Shown here: piece after piece, positions 28,964-37,898 of the stretch
Layout: the number at the start of each line of letters is the position of its first letter
Position numbering within the stretch: position 1 is the stretch's first letter
Assembly: GCA_050010455.1 (NCBI GenBank)
Contig: JBEKLA010000025.1
Location: 1-51,007, forward strand
DNA from: Candidatus Binataceae bacterium
Lineage (GTDB): Bacteria; Desulfobacterota; Binatia; Binatales; Binataceae
Direction: 5' to 3'
DNA length: 51,007 nt
Position numbers and translations under genes: made by a program
The notes under the pieces: model-generated
Told to the model about the DNA's origin: nothing
Seen by the model: the letters and a program-made list of their open reading frames with translations, nothing else
Databases searched by the model: none

Positions 28964-29947
28964 CTAGATCTTAGGCAGGATGTCCTCCTTGAGTCTCCGT
29001 AGATCGACGAGGGTCTTTGCGGTGGGCACGCCGGTGAATGGCGGCCACAGCAAGGGGAGCGTCAGGCCGGCTTCTTTGTAGCGCTTGAGGTTGTCGGTGA
29101 TCTGTTGCACCGTACCGGTCATCGAAGGAGTCAGTTTTCCTCGCGGTGTCTGATCGGTCTTTTCGCTGGTGATGTCGAAGAAGAGCATGCTCGCGATTTC
29201 GAGATCATCGACGGAGCGCGGACTGCCAAGCTTCTCGAGTTCTTCTTTAATCGCCGAGCGCCAGCGCTTGATGTCGTCGGGAGTGTCCAGGACCCCGATC
29301 CAGCCGGCCAATCCATATTTGGCCACCCGCTTGGCGGCGAGCTTCGGTACCTTGATCCCCCCGCAAAAGATTGGCGGGTGAGGCTTCTGGACGGGCTTTG
29401 CGCCGAAGCCGCATTTTGGGAACGACGCGAACTCGCCATGATACTCAAAGAGATCCTGCGTCCAGATGCCCTGCATGATCTCGATGGTCTCGACGACGTG
29501 CCGGTTGCGCCGGTCGTAGAGGTGCGCAGCGCTCGCGGCCTCGAACTCCTCAGGCATCCAGCCGCTCCCCACGCCGACGTTGACCCGTCCGCCTGAAAGG
29601 TGATCCCAGGTAGCGATCTCGGCCGCCAGGACTCCCGGCGCGCGATAGGGCGTGTCGATTACGCTGACGCCAACGCGGATCTTCTTGGTGATCGCTGCCA
29701 GATAGGGAATGAGCGGCAACCCTTGCAGGAACTGGCCGCGCGAGCTGATCGGCAACGACCGCGGAAACTCCGGCAGGGAGCCGAAGGGCTTGCGCAGCTC
29801 CTGGCGGTCGGAGGCCTCAGGTACCACGATACGATCCAGGGTCCAGATGGAATCAAACTCGAGCTCCTCGGCGAGTCGAGCGAGATCGACGATTTCGCTG
29901 ACGGTTATATGGTCTCTGAAATTGGGTAGGTAGAGCGCTAGCTTCAT
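28964..29947 (-). CDS. LLM class (luciferase-like) flavin/F420-dependent oxidoreductase
   Basis: TIM-barrel LLM pattern FDSIWTLDR, GRVNVGVGSGWMPEEFEA, PHPPIF. Confidence 0.8.
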   Translation of the reverse strand: MKLALYLPNFRDHITVSEIVDLARLAEELEFDSIWTLDRIVVPEASDRQELRKPFGSLPEFPRSLPISSRGQFLQGLPLIPYLAAITKKIRVGVSVIDTPYRAPGVLAAEIATWDHLSGGRVNVGVGSGWMPEEFEAASAAHLYDRRNRHVVETIEIMQGIWTQDLFEYHGEFASFPKCGFGAKPVQKPHPPIFCGGIKVPKLAAKRVAKYGLAGWIGVLDTPDDIKRWRSAIKEELEKLGSPRSVDDLEIASMLFFDITSEKTDQTPRGKLTPSMTGTVQQITDNLKRYKEAGLTLPLLWPPFTGVPTAKTLVDLRRLKEDILPKI

Positions 29948-29990
29948 CGGGAATCGACCTCCGCTTTATGATCTGCCCTATGATCTAAAC

Positions 29991-30656
29991 TTAGATCACG
30001 CGGTGCTCCTGCGCGACGAACATCCAGACCGTATCGAGGAAGTTGTACGCGTCGGGCCAGCCGACCTCGCGGAATTCCTTCGAGTCGAGCATCGCCACCA
30101 TCGCGTCGACGTCGTCACACCACAGTTCCGCGACGCCGTCCCACAGCGGGCTGCCGAAGGTGTATGAGGCGTCGATCGCATGGCACTGGACGTAGCGCTT
30201 GAGGCCGGGGAACTTCGACACGATCGGCCCGTGGACCTCGAGCCAGTATTTCCTGAAGGCGGAAAGCGTCAGTCCGGGCTTGCGCCGGACCTGGAATACC
30301 GCTTTTGCCATGCCGGGCTTGGCGGCGCCGTCGATAATCACGTGATCGTTGGTGACCTGCCATCCGACCCGGCTCATGTCGATGAAGTTGGGCTCGTCGG
30401 CGAGCGCGCCCTTCAGATAGATCGGCTCGCGGCGCATCTGTTCGAGCGACCCCTCGCTCTCGAACATCACTTCAGCGGCGCCGTCGTAGGGCGAGTTCGG
30501 AAATCCGCCGGGGAACGGAATGCGATGGGTTTGCACGTAGCCTTTCAGTTGCGGGATTGCTTTGGCGATGGGGCCGTGGACCTCGCGCCAGTAGCGATGG
30601 AACTCGGCGTCACTCAATCCCGGCTTGCGCGTGATGAAATAAAGAGCGTGGAGCAT
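29991..30656 (-). CDS. Tandem EthD-domain protein
   Basis: ORF trimmed to ATG 30654-30656 (GGAGGA upstream). Two copies of the pattern RKPGL[ST]..[AE]F..YW.EVHGPI......LK.YVQ.H. Confidence 0.7.
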   Translation of the reverse strand: MLHALYFITRKPGLSDAEFHRYWREVHGPIAKAIPQLKGYVQTHRIPFPGGFPNSPYDGAAEVMFESEGSLEQMRREPIYLKGALADEPNFIDMSRVGWQVTNDHVIIDGAAKPGMAKAVFQVRRKPGLTLSAFRKYWLEVHGPIVSKFPGLKRYVQCHAIDASYTFGSPLWDGVAELWCDDVDAMVAMLDSKEFREVGWPDAYNFLDTVWMFVAQEHRVI

Positions 30657-30844
30657 CGATCGTTCCTCCGTCGGTTGTGGCACGGCTCCGTGGCTGGGCC
30701 GATCGGGCGGCGCGTGCCGAAGCCGCACCATCTGGAGTGACCGGCCGAGCAAACCCCTTTCCGCTATCGTTCAGGGCATTAGTAGCCCTTGCGACGGAGG
30801 TTTGGCAAACGTAATGACGCAGCGACCGAACGGCCGCGGCGATT

Positions 30845-31993
30845 TTAGTTGGCGCCGGCGCGCTCGGCGATCAGGCGGTCGAGCTCCTGCCTGAGGCGTG
30901 GCAGGACTTCGTCGTAGCCGAAATTGCCGATCTTGCGATCCTTCTTCTTGAGGTTGACGGTCGTCGGCCCGCACCACAGGCCCAGGTCGGCGTCGTCGGT
31001 CTCGCCCGGCCCGTTGACGCGACATCCCATCACCGCGATCGTGATCTTGTGGTTGGCGGCGTATTCGGTCAGCACCTTGACCTGCTCGGCCAACTCGACG
31101 AACCGCTCGTTCTCGACCCGCGAGCACGACGGGCAGGAGATGATGTTCAGGCCCTTGCCGAAGTCGGGCACCGAGATGAAGCGGCCCGCCGCGACGTCGC
31201 AAAGAATCTGATGGCCGACGACGACTTCTTCGTGCTTGCGCTCGTTGGGCAAGGTGAGCGAGACGCGAAGAGTATCGCCGATTTGCTCGGCCAGCAGTTT
31301 CTCGAAGGCCAGCCGGGTCTTGATTATTCCGGCAGGCGGTAATCCCGCCTCGGTCACGCCGAGATGCAGTGGGACGTCGGGGCGGCGCTCGGCGAAGCGG
31401 CGATTGGCCTCGACCACCTTGGCCGGATCGGAGTCCTTGAGCGAGACCACGAAGCGGTCGAAGCCCATCTCGTCCATCAACTCGCAGTGATAGACGGCCG
31501 ACTCGACGATCGCCTTCAATTGGTCGCCGGGATACTTATCCAGGAACTCGGGCGCGACCGATCCGCAGTTGACGCCGATTCGGAGCGCGACGCCGTGCGC
31601 GCGCGCCATATCGACCAGCCATCGCACCTTCTGCGGGATAGTCTTCGACTTCTGAATATGATGGAGATGGCCGGGGTTGTAGCGAATCTTGTCGACTTGC
31701 GGCGCAACCTTGTCGGCGATCTTGTAGTTCTCCTGCAAATCGACCGACAGCACCACGCCCCTGGTCTGGGCGCGAATCTCCTTGAGCGCGGCGACTTCCT
31801 TCTCGCTGTCGAGCGCGATCCTGACGATACCGGCACCGGCGCGCGCCAACTGATGGGTTTGGGCGACGGTCAGGTCGATATCGACCGTGCGCGTCGCGCA
31901 CATCGATTGCACCACGACCGCAGCGCCGCCGCCGACCTTAAGGCCACCGATATCGATCTGCCGAGTCCTGGGACTAGACTTCGCTTCGTTCAT
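30845..31993 (-). CDS. ispG: 4-hydroxy-3-methylbut-2-en-1-yl diphosphate synthase
   Basis: [18 protein letters not shown], Fe-S ligand contexts [10 protein letters not shown] and [11 protein letters not shown]. Confidence 0.95.
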   Translation of the reverse strand: MNEAKSSPRTRQIDIGGLKVGGGAAVVVQSMCATRTVDIDLTVAQTHQLARAGAGIVRIALDSEKEVAALKEIRAQTRGVVLSVDLQENYKIADKVAPQVDKIRYNPGHLHHIQKSKTIPQKVRWLVDMARAHGVALRIGVNCGSVAPEFLDKYPGDQLKAIVESAVYHCELMDEMGFDRFVVSLKDSDPAKVVEANRRFAERRPDVPLHLGVTEAGLPPAGIIKTRLAFEKLLAEQIGDTLRVSLTLPNERKHEEVVVGHQILCDVAAGRFISVPDFGKGLNIISCPSCSRVENERFVELAEQVKVLTEYAANHKITIAVMGCRVNGPGETDDADLGLWCGPTTVNLKKKDRKIGNFGYDEVLPRLRQELDRLIAERAGAN

Positions 31994-32028
31994 TGCACCT
32001 CGATTGCTGAAGGCGCGACACCCTTAGA

Positions 32029-32361
32029 TTATTTGTGCGAGTGCTGGGCCGCCGATTCGATCGCGATTCCGCCGTGGGCCCACGCCGCGCCGGCCGCCAT
32101 CGTCATCGCGACAAACACCGCTTCGGTGATCTCCTCGTCGGTCGCGCCCTTCTCCTTGGCGCGCGTGGTATGCACGTCGATACACCAAGGGCACTGCGTG
32201 ACATGCGCGGCGGTTACCGCCATCAGCTCCTTAATTTTGCCCGTCAAGGCGGCGTCTTGAAAGACGGTACGATCGAATTCGACGAAGCTCTTGAACATGT
32301 CGGGCTTGAGCTCGCGCATCTTGCGCAGGTTTTTGGGCAAATCGATACCGTGAAAATCCAT
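32029..32361 (-). CDS. Carboxymuconolactone decarboxylase (AhpD-like) family protein
   Basis: ORF trimmed to ATG 32359-32361 (AGGAGG upstream). CxxC context AAHVTQCPWCIDVH. Confidence 0.8.
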   Translation of the reverse strand: MDFHGIDLPKNLRKMRELKPDMFKSFVEFDRTVFQDAALTGKIKELMAVTAAHVTQCPWCIDVHTTRAKEKGATDEEITEAVFVAMTMAAGAAWAHGGIAIESAAQHSHK

Positions 32362-32532
32362 TTGATCCTCCTGGGTTTTCAGCGTCGGGCGGACGAAACG
32401 ATACCGCCAGCGCCTGCGGTCGATCACACTACATGAATCGACCGGTACGCAAGCTTTTGAGCCAGCCTATGAAGCATGAAGCTAGCGCTTTGCACGAAAC
32501 ATGAGCCGCGAAATGAACTTGCCCGCTGTTCG

Positions 32533-33621
32533 CTAGTGGGCATTCTGGATCTCGCCGAAAAGCCATTTGTAGGCAAGAAACCAAAGCGTCATCAGCAGCG
32601 TGCCGACCCCAACCGAGAGCGGGTAGGCGATGGTTGGCGCGTCCATCACGAATGGAAGGAGAGCTACGGCCAGCGCCGGTGGGACGTGCAAGTCGAAAAC
32701 GCGCAATACCACGATGCCCGACGCCATGCCGCAGGCAGCACCCGCCGGCCCGCCGCCTGATAATTTCCAAAAAAACAGTCCGCCCGCAGCGGTTAGGAAA
32801 CAGGCGAGCGGCAAGAGGAGCGGTCGTTTGGCCCATGGGCAGACGGCAGTGTGGCCGAACATTTCGAAGCCGATGACGACCAATGGTGGGAAGAGAATGA
32901 ATCGAAGCCCAGTCAGCTCTACCGCGATGACCGCGATAACCACGAAGAGCATCAGAGCGAGCAGCCAGGAATATCCCGCCGGTACCAATTCGACCTCGTC
33001 GTCAACGATGTCTTCGGTCGTTGGGTGCGGCGCCGCGGCGCACACGGTCAGCTTCTTCCATGGAAGAGAGAGCCCTGCCAGTAGGACCGTGCCAAGCGCA
33101 ATGGCTGGCGGATACCACCAGCTCTTCACTCCGAGAACCAAGGGCAGGAGGCCCGCTGAGATGGCGGGTGCAATCGGAGACCTCAGCGCGAGTATGATGG
33201 CGATTGCGCCGCCTACGGTGAGCAATACAGACGGATATCCGTAAGGGAGCGCGCGGGTGAAAAAAACGCCGATTGCGCCGGTTAGGACTGGAGTGATTGC
33301 CAGCAGCACTGGTGCCGATGCCCAAGTGCCGCGAGGCCGCGTGAACACATCATGTGAGAGCGCTCCAAGCTCCGGAAACAAGATGTAAAAGGCACCCGTT
33401 GCATAAGCGATTTCGGCAATCATAGCGACGTAAACGAGTGCTATCAGCTCTGCGGCGAGCCTATGCCAGCGGCCAAGTGCTATCCCGGCGTCGTGTCCGG
33501 GCGCTTGAGGAGCAACCTCGGAGATGCTCGATTTTCCGATCAGACCCGAACTAGCCTTTATCGGCATTCCTCTCGCGTGACCGAGTGAATAGGCGGCGCA
33601 AAAGGCGAAGGACCCTGTCAC
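32533..33621 (-). CDS. Internally duplicated polytopic membrane protein, HPP-like
   Basis: Two homologous halves: ILFPELGAL...LRSPIAPAISAGLLPLVLG and ILFPPLVVI...LHVPPALAVALLPFVMD. Start uncertain (GTG 33621 or ATG 33567). Confidence 0.45.
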   Translation of the reverse strand: MTGSFAFCAAYSLGHARGMPIKASSGLIGKSSISEVAPQAPGHDAGIALGRWHRLAAELIALVYVAMIAEIAYATGAFYILFPELGALSHDVFTRPRGTWASAPVLLAITPVLTGAIGVFFTRALPYGYPSVLLTVGGAIAIILALRSPIAPAISAGLLPLVLGVKSWWYPPAIALGTVLLAGLSLPWKKLTVCAAAPHPTTEDIVDDEVELVPAGYSWLLALMLFVVIAVIAVELTGLRFILFPPLVVIGFEMFGHTAVCPWAKRPLLLPLACFLTAAGGLFFWKLSGGGPAGAACGMASGIVVLRVFDLHVPPALAVALLPFVMDAPTIAYPLSVGVGTLLMTLWFLAYKWLFGEIQNAH

Positions 33622-33749
33622 CGGTCGATGGGGACACGTATCCCCCTCCGATGCGAAGCCGCTCGCTATGTGGCTCGTAATAGAGCGGCGCCGGAGGCTC
33701 TCCCTTTAAGCTCTTGTTTCGCCTGTTCTTCCGCGACATCCGCGACGAA

Positions 33750-34850
33750 TCAGCCGAGTTTGACGCGCGAGCGCAATTCCTGAGTCAGAATCTGATGCGC
33801 CTCTGACACCATGTCTTCCAGGACTTTGGCCGCCGGCCGCATCTCCTTGATCATTCCTACAATCTGGCCCGCAAACCCGCTGTAGATATCGGGGCGTTGA
33901 TTTTCCTCCGCCGCCAGCATGATCGGCGCGGAGATCATCCCCTGGAACGGCATCGGCAGCGCCTGCAATCCCGACGCTTCGAATTCCTCGCTCCACAGAT
34001 TCTTGATGTGGCGCGACGGTTTGCCGGTCAGCGCCCTGCTGACCATCGTATCCTCTTCGCTGGCCCGCAGCAGCGCCTCTTTTTGATACTGCGGGATGAT
34101 CGACTCGGGCGTGGCGAGGAACGCCGTACCGACCCATACGCCGCACGCGCCGAGCGCGAGCGCCGCCGCCAGTCCGCGACCGTCGGCGATTCCTCCCGCC
34201 GCGACCAATGGCGTTGGCCGGGCGGCGTCCACCGCCTGTGGAATCAGTGCCATCGTGCCGATCCGCGAATTGTGGCCCCCGGCGTCGGTGCCCTGAGCCA
34301 CTATGATATCGAGGCCGCTCTCGCGCATCCGTCGCACGTGTTTGGTGTTGCCACCGACCGCCATGATTTTCATCCCCTGCGCGTGCGCGTCCTTGACGAA
34401 CGCCGCAGGATTGCCGAGTCCGGCGGCATAGACGGGCACACGCAGGTCGAAGATCACCTCGAGCTGCTTCTGAAAGAAATCCTTGCTCAGGCGCGGCCAT
34501 CGATGATGCGCCTCAGGCAGATGGTGCCTTTCCTTGAACTGATTGGCGAATTCAAAGTGCTTGGTGGGAAGATCCGCGCGTTTGGTGCGCACCTCGCCTT
34601 CGGCAGGCATGCTGGAAGGCAACAGCGTGTCGACGCCGAACGGCTTGGAGGTCAGCTTGCGGATCTTCTCGATAGCCGCCGCCAGGTCGTCGCCGCCCAG
34701 CATCGCGGCTCCCAGCACGCCGAGTCCACCCGCGTTGGAGACCGCAGCGGCGAGTTCGGGCCCCGAGGCTTCCCCCATCCCCGCAAGAATGATCGGGTAT
34801 TCGATATCGAGGAGGTCGCAGAGTTCAGTCCTGAGCACAGGTCTGGTCAT
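33750..34850 (-). CDS. Nitronate monooxygenase / FabK-like FMN oxidoreductase
   Basis: ILAGMGEASGPELAAAVSNAGGLGVLG, IVAQGTDAGGH, VAAGGIADGRGLAAALALGA. Confidence 0.85.
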   Translation of the reverse strand: MTRPVLRTELCDLLDIEYPIILAGMGEASGPELAAAVSNAGGLGVLGAAMLGGDDLAAAIEKIRKLTSKPFGVDTLLPSSMPAEGEVRTKRADLPTKHFEFANQFKERHHLPEAHHRWPRLSKDFFQKQLEVIFDLRVPVYAAGLGNPAAFVKDAHAQGMKIMAVGGNTKHVRRMRESGLDIIVAQGTDAGGHNSRIGTMALIPQAVDAARPTPLVAAGGIADGRGLAAALALGACGVWVGTAFLATPESIIPQYQKEALLRASEEDTMVSRALTGKPSRHIKNLWSEEFEASGLQALPMPFQGMISAPIMLAAEENQRPDIYSGFAGQIVGMIKEMRPAAKVLEDMVSEAHQILTQELRSRVKLG

Positions 34851-35126
34851 AGTTTGTTCCCAGCCTTTCCGGCCGATATGCCGGTGAGTATGCGAGCAAT
34901 ATAACAGATAAGTTTCACACCATGATAAGCCCCGCCTGAAGTGAGAGATGCATCCTTTTGAGCCATTCTGCGCGACATTTCAAGCCGCGCGCCGGACGGG
35001 ACGATCTTCGACGTGCGGCTAACTTCACGGTTGCTATCGACGGCTGAGCCGCTGGCCTCGTGACCGTGCCGATTGCTATAGCCTCTCGGCAAGTATTTTC
35101 GGTTAACCGCGATGGGAGCTGAGCGA

Positions 35127-36338
35127 ATGAACGGACCGCTGACCGGAATCAAAGTAGTGGAACTGGCGATCTGGATCGCGGGGCCCTCGGCCACCGCAGT
35201 GCTCGCGGACTGGGGCGCGGACGTCATCAAGATTGAAGAGCCGCAAGCCGGCGACCCGAATCGAGGACTGACGGTGCGGTCCGCGCGCGACCCTGACGTT
35301 CGCATCGCATGCTCCTATGAGCTCGAAAATCGCAACAAGCGTTCGGTGGCGGTGAACCTGCGCCATCCCGAGGGGCGCGCCTTCGCGCTCAGGATGATCG
35401 AGCGCGCGGACGTTTTTCTGACTAACCTGCGGCTCGATGCGCTCGAAAGGCTGCGGCTGACCTATGCTGATCTTTCAGAGCTGAATCCGCGCCTCCTGTA
35501 CGCGACCATCAACGCCTACGGCCATCGCGGCCCTGAGCGCCTGTCGCCCGGCTTCGATTACGCCGCGGGATGGGCGCGTTCGGGTCTGATGGCGACCATG
35601 GCGGAGCCTGGCAAGGCCCCGCCCGCGCAGCGCCCCGGCATGATCGACCATCCGACGGGACTGGCGATGGCTGGCGCGATCTCGGCGGCGCTGTTCGCGC
35701 GCGAGCGGACCGGACGCGGCCAGGAGTTGCGGTTGTCGCTGTTCGCGATGGGCCTATGGATGAATTCGGTTGACCTGACCCTGGCGCTGCTGGGCGCTCA
35801 CCCGCCCGTTCCGGAAGGGCGCCGCCAACGGCCCAACCCGCTGTGGAACTCGTATCGATGCAAGGACGGGGCGTGGGTCTACTTCGTGATGGTGCAAAGC
35901 GACCGCTATTGGAAGGACTTCTGCACGGCGCTCGAGCGTCCGGACTGGCTCGAAGACAAGCGCTTCAAAGACCATGCTTCGCGCACTGTCAAGAACCGCG
36001 CTCTGATCAGATTAATCGACGAAGCGATCGCCACCCGCACGCTGGCCGAATGGGCGCCGATCTTCGACCGCCATGGCTTCATCTGGGCGCGGGTCCAGAG
36101 CGCGTCCGAGGTGATAGACGATCCGCAGGCTAACGCATTGGGGATGTTCGCGCCGATTGAGCATCCGCAGATTCCAAACTGCCGCCTCGTTCGCAGCCCG
36201 ATCGAGTTCAGCGAAGGCGAAGTCGGTCCGCGCACGCCGGCACCGGAACTCGGCCAGCACACCGAAGAGGTGGCTCAGGAATTGGGCCTCGATTGGGAGC
36301 AGATCGGCGATCTAAAAGCGAAAGGCGTCTTGGGTTAA
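35127..36338 (+). CDS. Family III CoA-transferase (CaiB/BaiF type)
   Basis: GIKVVELAIWIAGPSATAVLADWGADVIKIEEP, NKRSVAVNL. Alternative ATG at 35112. Confidence 0.85.
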   Translation: MNGPLTGIKVVELAIWIAGPSATAVLADWGADVIKIEEPQAGDPNRGLTVRSARDPDVRIACSYELENRNKRSVAVNLRHPEGRAFALRMIERADVFLTNLRLDALERLRLTYADLSELNPRLLYATINAYGHRGPERLSPGFDYAAGWARSGLMATMAEPGKAPPAQRPGMIDHPTGLAMAGAISAALFARERTGRGQELRLSLFAMGLWMNSVDLTLALLGAHPPVPEGRRQRPNPLWNSYRCKDGAWVYFVMVQSDRYWKDFCTALERPDWLEDKRFKDHASRTVKNRALIRLIDEAIATRTLAEWAPIFDRHGFIWARVQSASEVIDDPQANALGMFAPIEHPQIPNCRLVRSPIEFSEGEVGPRTPAPELGQHTEEVAQELGLDWEQIGDLKAKGVLG

Positions 36339-36442
36339 AAATAATAGCGTTTTAGAATATCCACATCGTCAGTCAACTCAGTCCCTTTTCGACCTTTTCA
36401 GCCGGCGATAGCCGTGCGCGGGAGCATTTTGCCGCCGCTTTC

Positions 36443-36472
36443 TTGACTGTCCGCTCCGGCCCTACCTATGAT
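36443..36472 (+). promoter_or_regulatory. Sigma70-like promoter for the orphan cassette
   Basis: TTGACT (36443-36448), 18-nt spacer, TATGAT (36467-36472). GAGAGGAGG RBS at 36484-36492. Confidence 0.4.
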
Positions 36473-36502
36473 CTTCGCCATCCGAGAGGAGGCTGTTCCC
36501 TA

Positions 36503-37042
36503 GTGCGAATGATTGTTCCCTCCGTCGCGCTGCGGCGGGCTATCGACCGAAACCTGGAAAGTTTTTTTCGCGACCATCGCGTGAGCGCGTTCAATCGAGC
36601 GATTTCTGATGTCTGCCGTTTCTACAATATCCGTCGCCCCAAGATTGAATGGTACGAGTACATCGATTGGGGAAAGACCGCCGGCAAAACTTACGAAGAC
36701 GGCCAGATCCATCTGGTGCATCCTGAGAACTGGAAGCGGGGGAGGATTTACAACACCGAGCGGATGTGGATTCAGACGATCTATCACGAGATGGGTCACT
36801 TCCTGTTTTGGACTGACGCCGAGCGCAAAGCCGACGCCTTCACCCGCCGCATGGTGCGAGGACTGAAGCCAAGGGGCGAGCGCGCGGCGCGGCCCGCGTC
36901 GCGCCGCAAGGCGTCGGGCGGAAGACAAGCGGCGGCGGCGAGCGGGAGAGCGTCGGGCGGTAGGCGATTGGCAGCAACCGCGCGCCGCAAACGATCGCGA
37001 ACGCAATCCGGGCGACGCTCCGGCAAACGCGCCCGCGCCTGA
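36503..37042 (+). CDS. Minimal HExxH zincin (SprT/ImmA-like) with polyarginine C-terminal tail
   Basis: GTG 36503 lies 10 nt after AGGAGG (ATG 36509 is the alternative). Motif WIQTIYHEMGHFLFW. The last ~55 aa, RGERAARPASRRKASGGRQAAAASGRASGGRRLAATARRKRSRTQSGRRSGKRARA, are dominated by Arg, Ala, Gly and Ser. Confidence 0.55.
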   Translation: MRMIVPSVALRRAIDRNLESFFRDHRVSAFNRAISDVCRFYNIRRPKIEWYEYIDWGKTAGKTYEDGQIHLVHPENWKRGRIYNTERMWIQTIYHEMGHFLFWTDAERKADAFTRRMVRGLKPRGERAARPASRRKASGGRQAAAASGRASGGRRLAATARRKRSRTQSGRRSGKRARA

Positions 37043-37072
37043 TCGTACCGCGACAGGCATCGGCAAGGCTCG

Positions 37073-37624
37073 ATGGCGACCAAACCTAACGTCCAGAACC
37101 GATGGTGGGTTGAGACCACGGTCAAGAAGCCCAAGAAGGGCGCGACGACCGATCAGAATCTGCCCCAGCTGCCGGTCGCGATGGGCTTCTACAGCGTTGC
37201 CGCCGACTACGATCAGGAGCGCGCCAAAGAGGATCTGACCGACAACAACCTGAAGATCATCCGCGAGGCGAATCCGCCCCAGGGTGGATGGGTTTACGTC
37301 GCGATGACCGAGCAGCGATGTCCTGAGGGGGTCGTCAAACGGGTCAAAGATGAGTTTCGGATACCGCGCGAAGCGCGCGGTATCGTGCTCGATCACGGGC
37401 GCCTGATGCGGCTGCTGATCTGTGGACCCCAGTTCGAAGATTGGTCGATCGATATCACGCTGACCGAGGAGCCGTCGGTCGACGTCTACGTATGGGGCAC
37501 GATGTGGCGCGAGCGGCTGTTCAAGAACGCAGAGTTGGCGCTGCTCCAGGCGCGGCGCTGGGCGATCGACCTGCTGCGTAATCCGCCGCCTCGCGACGAA
37601 ACCTTCCGCGGCTCGCTGCTGTAG
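37073..37624 (+). CDS. Hypothetical protein, no recognisable domain
   Basis: 183-aa ATG ORF 30 nt after the zincin stop, with GC-rich third positions like the bona fide genes. No motif I recognise. Confidence 0.5.
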   Translation: MATKPNVQNRWWVETTVKKPKKGATTDQNLPQLPVAMGFYSVAADYDQERAKEDLTDNNLKIIREANPPQGGWVYVAMTEQRCPEGVVKRVKDEFRIPREARGIVLDHGRLMRLLICGPQFEDWSIDITLTEEPSVDVYVWGTMWRERLFKNAELALLQARRWAIDLLRNPPPRDETFRGSLL

Positions 37625-37643
37625 GCCGCGATCGCGTCCTTGG

Positions 37644-37799
37644 GATGCGGAGCTTATCAAGCGGCAGATCGGTCTGAGCGCAGGCCTGGAGATCATCGCC
37701 GACGCCGCCCACAACGTCCCCACCGAAAAACCGCGCGAGGTCAACGACGCGATCGAAAGGTTCCTCAAGTCGGCATTCCAGAACCGCGCCCGCAAATGA
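37644..37799 (+). pseudogene. Orphaned 3' end (51 codons) of an alpha/beta-hydrolase paralogue
   Basis: DAELIKRQIGLSAGLEIIADAAHNVPTEKPREVNDAIERFLKSAFQNRARK* aligns without gaps to the last 51 codons of the 50014..50850 gene (50695..50850). By hand count, 40/51 aa and about 128/156 nt are identical. Similarity stops abruptly upstream of 37644. Confidence 0.75.
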
Positions 37800-37861
37800 G
37801 GGCAATCATGAATCTCTGAAAGACCGGGCTGAGGTCGAGCGCGTGGGGATTTGAGACGATG

Positions 37862-37881
37862 GATTGTCAGTAGTCACAATC
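37862..37881. promoter_or_regulatory. Inverted repeat GATTGT-N8-ACAATC upstream of the toxin gene (candidate TA operator)
   Basis: Read directly. It ends 17 nt before ATG 37899. Confidence 0.3.
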
Positions 37882-37898
37882 TGAACTACACTGGTTCG

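Noticed and set aside
36443-36502. TTG start at 36443 given by the ORF track for the zincin gene
   Set aside because: That TTG is the first base of a TTGACT -35 hexamer, with TATGAT 18 nt downstream, and a strong GAGAGGAGG RBS lies after it. GTG 36503 or ATG 36509 are far better starts.
36500-37795. 431-aa minus-strand ORF spanning the whole island
   Set aside because: It is antisense to three plus-strand features that have better evidence (HExxH motif, RBS and promoter, hydrolase homology). Its N-terminus is simply the antisense of the hydrolase 3' fragment, and the same peptide reappears at 50583..50846. The Arg/Pro/Ala-rich composition is typical of shadow ORFs in GC-rich DNA.
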